Positions 53,176 to 64,000 of a stretch of 64,000 nucleotides of DNA are shown one piece after another. The stretch is from Azolla caroliniana (taxonomy: Eukaryota; Plantae; Polypodiophyta): the NCBI GenBank assembly GCA_043228905.1, contig JBHGNT010000015.1, forward strand, positions 19,840,001 through 19,904,000. Direction: 5' to 3'. The position numbers were made by a program, and so were the translations under genes. Every line of letters starts with the position of its first letter. The stretch's first letter is position 1. The notes beneath the pieces were generated by a model. The model was not told the DNA's origin. It searched no databases and saw nothing but the letters and a program-made list of their open reading frames with translations.

Positions 53176-56100
53176 ATGGCCATGGCAATCTTTCAGCATC
53201 CGGGCTCATTTTCAGTTTTCCAAAAAGATTTCTCGAAGCATCGATTGCTGTACATTTCTAGGGTTTTTTCTTCATCACCATACCGAAGAGCAAAGCGTCT
53301 CACCATTAAAGGTCTGCAAAGGAGAACTTCTTCTTCTTCTTCTTCTTCTGGTCACCATGGGAATTCCGAGCTTTCATCAGACCTTCCTTCCTCTGCCTCC
53401 TCTTTCAAGGTTAGAATCCTGAGCACGTAATAAATAGTTTCTATATGTTCTTAGCTGATTAGGGTTGGGGTTATGGTTTTGCTTGAATACGATGAGCACT
53501 GGTTTCTTCATCTGTTCGGGTTTGGGGTTTTATATTTGAACAAAATGAGTTGTCTTTTGCGGGTTTGGTGTTTTATATTTGAACAAAATGAGCTCTGTAG
53601 TTCTGTGTTTTATTTTATCTGCTTTGGTTTTTGTTTTCAACACAATTAACTCGGTAGTTCTCTGTTTCATGATCTGGATATGGCTTCTGTTGATCTCTAT
53701 GCCTGGAACATCTGATAATTAGGGTTTTTGTTTTTGAACACACAGAATAGCTCCAGCTGGGGAGGAGGAAGATCTGTGAGAGAGTACGAAGAAACAGACT
53801 CTGTTCTCGAGCAAATAGGAGTGGGTTTTCGTATCACTTACGCCGCAGGTTATTATAGAAGCTATTTTACTCATTCACATTACTCTGGATGTCATTTTCT
53901 CATTGCACTAGAATGGCACCATTTCCTCACCTCGTTACTGATACCATTTCATGTATTTTCTGTGATGTTTTAATGTAGGTGTATATGCTGCAATGGCCTT
54001 TGCTGGGCAGGGCATTTGCCATTTTACTGGGCTTGATAGTGCAGGGGGGTTTGAGCTGTGCCCTCAAGTTGCTATGGAAGGATTGGGATTTGCTGTGCCC
54101 CCTATGATGATTCTGCTGTTAATTCTTGATGTAAGCTACACTCTGTGCTATAGGCACAAATATTTCTCTTGGCATCAGTAGACCGTTTGATTTGTGAATA
54201 AAATTAAACTGCTTGATTGATTGGTGAATGAAATTAGATTGCTTGATTGGTGGATTGATCAGTGTGGATGGATAATTAATGGACTAGTTGATCTACTTTT
54301 GGTTGATGGGTTGATTGATTAATCAGTTTCATGATTCTTAAATCTATTAGTGGGTAGATTGATTGATCAATTATTGGATTCTTCAATCTGCCGGCGGATA
54401 GATGGATTGACCTATTACTTGATATCGATTATTGATGGATTGGATTGATCAATCAACTGATTAACAGAGTAGTGGATGGATTGCTTGATTGAAGGGTGAA
54501 TTGGTCGGTCTACAGAAAAGTCCTGTTTGATATGAGATTAATGATGTGATGTCATTTGTTCATTGGATTGCTGAATAATTGCAGGATGAATATGAGATTA
54601 TTCATTTTTCAGATTGTTGAATATTTTTAGGATGAAGTGGTAAAAAAATCCCCTGCTGCTAGGGCTATCAGAGATGTTGAGGATGAAGAATTGTTAAGCT
54701 TTTTTGTTGGCATGTCACCCTGGCAGGTAAGCCAATATGAGTAATCAAATTAAATTTCGCAAAGAGATTAATAGCTGAGGAAGTAAAGTGCTTGGTTCCT
54801 GAGAAAGTTTTTGTCTCATTTTACTATTAGCTTATGTTTATGCTGATAATGGATGCTGTAGCAGAAGAGCTGTTCTTTAGGATTGCAATCCAAGTAAGCA
54901 TTTCTCCCCTTTCAGTCCTGGAAAGTATGATTTTATATTTGGATATATCAATCTAAAAGGCTGCTTGATGCTTTTACAGGGGGGTTTGGCACATGTTTTT
55001 CTCAGCGATGATACAATCAGTGGACCTTGCCCTGGTGTGGCAGCCCTGGTAATTCTCATTTCCTTTCTATAAATGATACCAAATTTGATTGCCCTTAAAC
55101 AGTAAAAACTATTTTGTATGGCCGTGAAAACACATATTTTTATCTGTTTTCATTGGAATTGCAGACAGGTGTTTTCCCCTTCATTGCTCCATTTGCTCAT
55201 GCTGTTGCAGCTGTACTGACTGCTGCCTTGACAGGCTCTATTCTTTTCATCACTTCATTTCCTCAAGGTATGCATTTTTATCACTTCATTCAAGCACAAA
55301 CCCTAAACTGGTCACAAATATATGTAATGTTTGGTTATAAATGGATTTTCATATATTAAGTAGAAAATGCAATTTTTTCGCATCATTCGGCTATCCTGAT
55401 CTATGCACCTATCACAAACATAGTCTTTCTGTTAATCACAAACATGTAACAATGGCATATCAATCGATACTAGTACTCCAAGCAGAAAATGGATTTGATT
55501 GATTGATTATCTACTCTGACATAGGTACTTATTACAACCATGTGACATCGAATATCAAATATGGCATGTTTTGCATGTTCTTTTATCTCTTCATTCGTTG
55601 TCTTTGATGTATGCACTTATGTCCAAATATTGAGCATGATGTACAACCATGATTTATTGAGCATCGATTATGTCATGTTTACATACTGAGTATCGCTTGT
55701 TTGGCATATCCAAATATCTCATGTTTGGCATATCAAGCCATACTCATCTTACTATGAGTCAGGAAATGTTCAAGGATGAAGTGGTGTTTGGTTCAAGATA
55801 GTCATCTAAGGCTCTAAAATTTCTTTGCGCAGATCCAGCCTATGTTATCACAAGGGTTCAAAGGAACTGCTCTTCCAGCCTCGAGTTGAAGAGAAGTTTT
55901 TCAGGTATGACTTTGAGACATCATTAACATCCCTTGTTTTACACAACATTTATTGCATGCACCTTCATTGGGGGCATTCTGTGAACAGCTTGGTATGAAC
56001 GACGGCAGTTGAGAAGAATATACTCTCCGCTTCTTGATTCGCTGCTGGCTCTGTATCTTGGATTTGAATGGTTACAGGTAATTGTGATTAAATCTAGAAT

Positions 56101-56428
56101 TCAGAGATTAATATCGAAGTTTTGGACAATCATGCTTTTTCACAACTACATCGATTTACATGGGATGTTTAAATGCTCTGATGTTGCAAATATGTGTATA
56201 TATCAATCCTTAAATGGACTTGATTAGTTATAATCCATATGCTGCTTCCATGTACAGACTGGCAATATTCTGGCACCAATAGTCACTCACATAATCTATT
56301 CTACTGTGATTGTGGGCAATGGCTTAAGAAGAATCCATGAGCAAAGGGACAAGTTGAGGCTACGGACAAAGAAGTTCTGGCAAAAGGAAATGGTGGTGTC
56401 AGAATTCAGGTCAAACATGGAAAAGTAG
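53176..56428 (+). CDS. Chloroplast CAAX-protease-family (CPBP/Abi) membrane protein, BCM1/BCM2 (soybean G)-like
   Basis: Transit-peptide-like exon 1, then QIGVGFRITYAAGVYAAMAFAGQGICHFTGLDSAGGF...GLGFAVPPMMILLLILD|DEVVKKSPAARAIRDVEDEELLSFFVGMSPWQ|...AVAEELFFRIAIQ|GGLAHVF...|TGVFPFIAPFA...|DPAYV...|AWYERRQLRRIYSPLLDSLLALYLGFEWLQ|TGNILAPIVTHIIYSTVIVGNGL. Matches BCM1/2 as recalled. Confidence 0.88.
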
Positions 56429-58295
56429 AATAATGTAGCTGTATAAACAATGATATATAGACCTAGCTGGTGCAGTGATGTTGCCGATGGAAACATGAGG
56501 AGTTACAATGATTTGGTACACTCTTATGGAATGCAGGAGTCTTCTTGTGTTCAAGGAACTGAGCACCTCAGAAATGTTTTGGTTGTGGGTGATTTTTCCC
56601 TAACTTCTGGGTGTTTGCTTATGGCCATGCCATGTACATATGTAAGATTCTTGAGTAAATGTACATTCGTTTGGCATTGTAAAACTGAACATTCTGTAAT
56701 CTAATTGACAAATCGAAATGCCAAACCGTAAAACTGAACATTCTGTAAGGAAAGTTTAGATGACAACCCGTAATGCCAACTGCACAAAACCCGATTAAAT
56801 AAAAAAAATTGGTGTAATTTCTAAGCAAAAGTTTCAAAATATCTCAGCGAACATTTTCAGACATTCTAAGGAACAACTATGAAATTAAGGCTCTATAGTT
56901 TTGTTCAGACCCAAATGTAGACCTTTGTGCCGACCTAAGCAAATGCAGACTTCTGAGACCTATAATCCTAATAAAACTGGATTTTTACACGTGCAATTTT
57001 GAATCAAAACTTCTCAAAATACCTCAGTGAAAATTTTCATAAATTCTAAGAAACAACTAAGAGTTTAAGTCTCTTCTACATTTGGTTGCACCACATGGAG
57101 TGTCAAATGTTGCTTGTCTACAAGCAATTGTGATAGAACTAGATATTACCACTAGTATGAAAAGGAGAAACATGAATAATATATGGAGAAAAAACACATC
57201 ATCTTTTCACTCATTTAGGTGTCCTGCAATGCCATACCCACAGCAATGTAGGCGGACATGGATCTTGGCGTAATGTATGTGGAAGTTGAAAATAATAGGC
57301 ACACTTGTTTTAGTCCTGAATAAAAAGGGAAAGCTCTTGGAGTTGGCACCTATAGTTTATGCAACATTTCAAGGCTCCATTGAAGATCCTTAGAGAAGTT
57401 CGGTTTTAGAAATGGTGCCACTATGAGCATGGCTTGTCCACCTCTCAAGGTTGCTGGAATGGTGTATACTATGTGGACAGAGGCACCCTGAAATCAGTAT
57501 TAGAATATCTGATCTAATAGTCATGGAAAGTAATAAAAAAACACCCATATCAAAGACCTGTGTTTTCAATAAGCAGTTGTCTAGACCAGATCACTGAGAA
57601 TCTCCTTGTCAGAAGGCACCCCATATGTTGAAGTTACGGATGGAGCTGCTCCCCCCATAACGTATACCTTCTGTACCATGCAAATACCCTGTTCTATTGA
57701 TATGACCAACAATGAAAAGTGTGGGAACAATTCCTGTGCATATTGCAGACATGTGTGCATACACTTTCTCTGACAAATGTATGTTCATAAACTAAGTTCC
57801 TTCACCCTATTTGGAATCCTGCTCTTTAACACATTCATTTGTCTTCTTTACACAGGAAACTCGAATCATAGAGTTGGTGAAGCTTTAATACATTTACAAT
57901 GTCTTGCAATGCAGTAACAATGTTTTTACATGCCTTTATTTCCTACAAGTTTCCTTCCCTCTTTGTCGAATTCAAGGATACTCGATTAGTGCCTTTAAAT
58001 ATCGTCATAAGTTTAGGGGGGCAATTGAAAAAATATTATCCCCATTTAAAAAAAGAAAATATGCTTTTCATTCTCAAATAAAATCTGCAATAAAACAAAG
58101 ATATGTCCTCTGTAAGGATGGCTAGTTTATTAATATTTACATGCTTCATGAAGAACCTACAGAACTGTTGAGACATGTCATCACTCCACTCATCATCCTG
58201 TTGTAACATATCCATGAAAGAAGCTAAGAAGGCAACCTTTAAGAGAAAAGATCCAAGACAACACTTCTTGGTAATTCGTCTCTTCTGCGAAATCT

Positions 58296-60584
58296 TCATA
58301 AATGAAGCGACAAGTGTCGCTTCAATGCTGGGATAACAATATTGGGAGAACTAAGTTGAGGCAAGTGTCCATCAGTTTGAAGAATCTCTACGATGCTCTT
58401 AGACCCAAGGTGTTGATGCAAGTAGTCTGAAACCACCACTGGCACTGCAAGGTCCTTTGTGCTTTGTAGAATATGGCATGGTACTGTTACATATGATAAA
58501 ATGCCCCTGAAATCACTCTCAAAAATGACTTTAGCAACTGTATATGCTATGTCGGGTCTTACATTGAAAAGGGTCCGGCTGAACTCTTGTACTGCAAAAG
58601 AGTCCATGTCATCACCCACCGCAAGTGGTGCAAAACCAGAAACCCATGCCTTGAAGTTAGACTGCATTGCCTCAAAGAGTTGATCAAGATCCTCTTGTTC
58701 AAACCCTCCAAAGTAATCCACATCATTCAAATACCTGTAAAAAGAGAGAAGATATAAGTTTGATTTGAAGGAAGATATAAGTCGATAGCAAAGTAAACCC
58801 TCAGTTTATTTTAGGGGAAACTTTCAAAATCGAAAGAAATAAGGAGCCATGTTTTCCACGAAAAAACATATTCATCTCGATAATTGAAAGCCCACAATTG
58901 TCAAATGAGGGTAATATTGCACTGCACGTCCAAAGGCTTACAAGAACAAGCAGTTTGACAAAATGGCAATCAAAATTACCATGGCATTATTATCTTTCGA
59001 AAAATATTGGCAGTCTAAAACCAAAAGGTTTCTATAATGTTACAAGCATACAATTACCCTTCCATTAATTGAGTCAATTAGACCAGAGATTGTATGTATC
59101 CCCATATATTGAATGACTGATATAGTCTAGACATAGAATTATAGCCTATCGCGTGCACATTTCTTATACCGACTAGTAAGGTATGCTCCTCTCTTCCACA
59201 ATTCTAAGGGAAAGATGTCTTAAGCCTTTTTGCATATCAGGCATAGCAATATGGGAGGACCCCATGCCTTCTGATGCAGATAGTCAATCAAGTCAAGAAC
59301 TAACCTCTAGTCTCTACTTTTCTAATATTTTCTTGATCATTTGTTAATCAAGTTAATTAATTAATCAGACGAATTTGATCCTAGAATGACACTTTTTAGT
59401 TTAATTATCTATCTGATCATTAGATGGTAAGCATAAATGAATACACTCTTTTTTTCTAACTGAACGCAAAGCACTCATGCTCTTTAAGTTCAATTATATA
59501 ATAACATAAATCAGTCATTAACGTATAACCACATGAAGTCAGTCTTATTTCAATCAGACATGAATACTCCGAATTTTTGTTATATGAGTAGATGTACTGA
59601 CCCTAACATATAAACACATATGAATACTCTTTTTTTGATAAGCAAAAGAACTTACACATGCACTCGGAAGTTTAAGTATATGGTTCGATGAATAGACATT
59701 GGCTTATAACCACACACGGAGATACTTTTTGTCTACCAGATGCAAAGCACTTGCTCTCTTAACTTTCATTGGTTAATAATCTACATTGATCCTAACAAAT
59801 ACCCACACACACATATATGCTATTTTTCTGATAAAATGTATGAATCTCTACATATCGCCATACATCAGATGTATTGGTAGGTACATATGAATATACTTCT
59901 GTTTTCATTCAAGTTGTACTGATGCCAACAACTAGCCACAAATGAATACACTCTTTTAGCTATCAAATGTAAAGATCCTAACAGATAACCACATAAAAAA
60001 AAGTCTTCATCAGATGTATTGTTCCTGACATATAAAAACATATGATTACTCTTTTAGCTATAAATGTATTTGTTCTCAACAATATAACCACATACAAATA
60101 AGCTCTTTTATGGCTACCAAAAGTTATTGAAAACATACAACTGCATATTTCGTAAGAATTTCAAAACATTTCATGTCAAAGGTAAAACCACAATAATTGC
60201 TTAGAAACACTATTATTACCTGGGAGAAGCAGACACCAAGATGAGTTTGGAAAATAGATCGGGCCGTTCAATGGAAGCCAAGCAACCGACCATACCCATA
60301 ACTGAATGACCTATGTACATACATGACGAGACTTGAAGCTCCTCGAGAATTGCCAAAAGGTCATATGCATAGCCATGAAGACTAGAGTATCGATCGAAGC
60401 TAAAATAATCTGGATTTGTTGATCCTGCGCCCATGCTGTCAAAGAGGATGAGCCGATAATCATCGAAGAGGTGAGGAACGACTTGCTTCCATAATGATTG
60501 ATCAGTTCCGAACCCATGACCTAATACCACAACCTCTACTCCCGATCCTATCACCCGAACATTGTGTGCATCCAACAATGACAT
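58296..60584 (-). CDS. KAI2: KAI2/D14-like alpha/beta hydrolase (karrikin/KL receptor)
   Basis: Two exons, 60220-60584 and 58296-58734, with the conserved intron at SPR|YLND. Motifs [50 protein letters not shown] and GHLPQLSSP; the Ser/Asp/His triad is intact. Confidence 0.95.
59400..60120. repeat. Degenerate short-period repeat in KAI2 intron
   Basis: Recurrent CATATGAATACTCTTTT / ATCAGATGTATTG / TAACCACA motifs. Confidence 0.5.
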
Positions 60585-61164
60585 GGTTATAAAATTTATA
60601 TATATGTATATATGAATGATCTGAGAACTTGAGGTCAGAATATGTTCACCCACTCACACACACGCTCTCTCTATTTCTCAGTCACACAAACAATGGGGCT
60701 CTCTGTAATTCTGTCTTTGTGTTTCGATGCTTATCTCTTCAAAACACTAGGGTTTTCTATATCTCTCTCTCTCTCATACACATACTCTTTTTGCTATGAC
60801 TTCTCTCTTTCTCTCCCACCTCTCACTGTGTTGTGCTGGTCCTAACCTCTCTTAACACATCATCATTATCTCTTTCCTTCACTCAACATAACATCAAACC
60901 GAAGTTTAGATCAGTAGTTTGAATTGCTGAATTACTGGATTTGATACCCCCCCCACCCCCCAACTGTCCTCAATTCTGTCTGTCTGTCTGTCTGTCTGTC
61001 TGTGTCAGGATAAGTTCAAATCCGTGACATGAATTAGTGGACTCGAAGCCACCGCATCAATTGATCCGATGCCTAGGAGAAAGGCAGGAAATCAAACACA
61101 AATCACAAAGAGAGAGAGCGAGAGAGAGAGAGAGAGAGAGAGAGTGGAAGCTCTGTTTTTTTGG

Positions 61165-61248
61165 GTCTATTATAAGCCCTAAACACATACATACATACAT
61201 ACATACATACATACATACATACATACATACATACATACATACATACAT
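61165..61248. repeat. (CATA)n microsatellite upstream of KAI2
   Basis: Direct. Confidence 0.95.
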
Positions 61249-62199
61249 CTCTCCTGTCTTATAAGATGAGAAGCCCATCACTATCAAAGAAGACCATTTG
61301 GCCCAACTCATTTCTTAGGGAAGAAGGACCCTTCCTCCGCACATGCTTGCCCTAGAATCATTCATGATGATGTTGTGTCATGTTCTCATTCGTCGATCCG
61401 AGGCCCGACATCCATTGACGATCGTGAAGTATAATGATGATGAAAAGCCGATGCATTATTATCGGCCATCTGTTGTGATCACTCACTACTTGGTAGGCTC
61501 TTATTCGTGGTCGGAACGAAAACAATGAGGCCAGGCCAGGAAATCAACTTCTTGGTCAAGAATTTCCAGACCGGGACTACATTTCCGATGTGGCATGTCC
61601 CCATTTAGGTTGTATCATACGTTTGGGATAGACATTCTTGTTCCAAAAGAACTTGGGTTGAAACACGTGCTGATATGGAGTATCGGTTCGCAAGAGAAAG
61701 TTCGGGGTAGATACTTGCTTGCATCGAACACGCTTAAGGCTAAATCCATGTTTCTCTCGTCATTTCCCACCTAGCCGCAAGAAAAGTGGGCTGAACAGTA
61801 GTTGCTTGTTCGGGACGGCCTCAAGGGAAATCCATGATGCTATGCCCGATTCCTACTAGTAGCAAGAAAAGTGGGGCGAACAACTTCTTGTTGGGAATGC
61901 TCGGGGATAGAGATACATAATGACGTGGTTTGTTTTCATAGCTTGCATGAAAAATGTAGTCAATAAGTCCCTCTATGATCTATCAAATTTCCTCTCGATA
62001 GACTTCGTTGGGGAGGATTGAATGTATAGAGGCCCAACCGATAGCCAAAATGTTTTCAACTGTTCAATTGGGCACTCACACAATGTGGACAACCATGTTC
62101 TTTCCTATTTCCTTATTGTAGGGTCACTTGAATTACCTAAAAAACTAGATACCTGATACCTCTTTCTTTATTACCATAACCGAATCACTTAAAAAACTA

Positions 62200-63100
62200 G
62201 ATACTTTGTTCCATTACCTTATCTTTATTTATCCCAGTAATATCCAAAAAACTATATCGAACAACTTCAAACTTTGATTATATGAGCTACATTATTGCCA
62301 CTATCCCTTCTTAAAGAAATTTTACAAAAAAGTGACACTTTATGCAAATTGATGTTGTTCAACTTTATGACCATGGTCCCGTGCATCGTGCTTTAAGCAA
62401 AGGTCACATTGTTCAACTATCTATCCCTTATACTCTCACCTTTTGCCATACCCTTGTTTAAAACTATTACTCATCATACAATAGGAATGTCCATTTTGGC
62501 ACTTGTCTCCAAACTTTGGTGCCATGTGACTGTACAACCTTCATGAAAGAGAATTTGTGCTTTTCGTGCAAATAATCCAAACACTTGCACATCAAGCAAT
62601 AGTGATAACGAGAACGGTTTGACGTTTGCAAGAGAAACAATAGTTTTAGATGACCCATGCCCTTGCAACAGAGAGTGTGATAATTGTAACCAAGTTGTGG
62701 TACATATGGTATGGTAGCATTCCCCAAAGTAAAGTTGTGTGGGCCTTCAATTGGTTTTGTGTTGTGCTTGCATCTGCAACTTGCCACTAGGTTTCTAATA
62801 AGTCCCCCTTGCAAAATTGCCATCACAATGGAATCTTTGATTTTTTAAAATTAGATAAAGGTGTCATACATCGAATTCTTCGAACTTCATGTTAAAGAAA
62901 CCAAAAATAAACTATCGGTGATGTCCACTTTTAAGTAGAATGAGAGGAGGTAGGGAAAAGGACATTGATTTGTCTCCTTCTTAGGTAGAAACATGAGATT
63001 TAATAAAGAAAATTGAAGCAAAATGACAAGGGGGAAAATATGGATACCCCACCTCCATGTTTATCCTTAAGTCCAACATCAAGATTAGCGTGTCCACATT
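62200..63100 (-). mobile_element. Degraded Copia-like integrase remnant
   Basis: Fragments resembling T.PY.PQ (TIPYVPQ), NRS and VFG in shifted frames; no intact ORF. Confidence 0.3.
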
Positions 63101-64000
63101 TATAGAGAGGCAAAGGAAGATGTATTAAAGTTCGGTTTGAAAGAAAGACATTATGTCTACATTTCTAATACCATAAGAAGCTTGTTGGCACGCCTTAGTA
63201 TCATTAGGTCTGGCGTGTGCATCTCCATGTGTGGTTGTTGCTTATCTGCCCACTTATGTACTTTTAATTAATATGCCATTGTCTTGCATGCGTGCAACGG
63301 TAATAATAAGTACTTGAACCCCAATGGATAATGAGATAATAACTTGGAAATTGCCAGCTTGGGAAATGAATGAAGCCGAAATTTATACTACACTACCACC
63401 ACCTTCAGCCTAATATTGTCATTGCCGTAGGCCTCAATTAGATTACCATTATATTTAGCCTCAATGGTGGTCTATTTGTTACGGGGGGGTTCATAACAAC
63501 ATCGATGATGATTTAGTAACCAATAGTTAGAGGGGGCATAGGGGCATGGAAATGTGATTGATTCCTTGTGTTGATAAAGAAAGTATTGATTGTCTAGACC
63601 AAGAGTAATCTTCCCTAGAGAACATGTATGGAAACTACTTTTTTAATAATCCCAAAAGCTCTAATGTTTCAACAATTTTGTGTACCGATTATAATATAAT
63701 TCATGAACACTCGTTATTTTGAGGTCTTAAGACAACAATAGACTGCAATCTTATACATTTAATTACAATTATCTATAGGACTTGCGAAGTGCACCGGTTA
63801 GAGTGGTTTCTAAAATTGGAAAGAAATGGATGCTTGATCCTTATCCTTCAATTGCTCATATGTGTGATATACTATGGTTATAGGCAAAAGACCTTGTTGC
63901 AAGTTTAACAAGGGATCTGGGGGGGTTGGCTTTGGTCACACTCCTTGGGGGAAAAGATCGTAAAGGTTCCCTTCTTTCAGTACTCAGTAAAACTTGGAAG

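Noticed and set aside
1-64000. Functional gene cluster (SS3, TL15 and BCM are all plastid-related)
   Set aside because: They belong to unrelated pathways and are interspersed with housekeeping genes; there is no evidence of co-regulation or a biosynthetic cluster.

Overview
AT-rich eukaryotic nuclear DNA from a land plant with spliceosomal introns. Intron size, CT/GA microsatellites and gene content suggest a non-seed plant such as a fern, but that is inference. Eight intron-containing genes were reconstructed by eye: starch synthase III (-, 3' end outside the window), a large uncharacterised coiled-coil/repeat protein (+), an SLX9-like ribosome biogenesis factor (+, absent from the ORF track), a TL15 pentapeptide-repeat protein (-), an RS2Z SR splicing factor (-), a kinesin-4-like motor (+), a BCM1/2-like CAAX-protease-family chloroplast protein (+) and a KAI2/D14-like hydrolase (-). 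Between and inside the genes are a three-copy hAT-type MITE family (one copy carries a nested Mutator-like MITE), an internally deleted chromoviral Gypsy LTR element, LINE/Copia remnants, a degenerate tRNA-Arg(UCU) and many local tandem duplications of 24-207 bp. I see no CRISPR, rRNA or prokaryote-type system. The most interesting candidates are the uncharacterised C2HC-finger/repeat protein, the 178-bp array built from its own stop codon and 3'UTR, and a promoter array that multiplies site-II (TGGGCY) motifs. Coordinates were counted by hand and may be off by a few bases.
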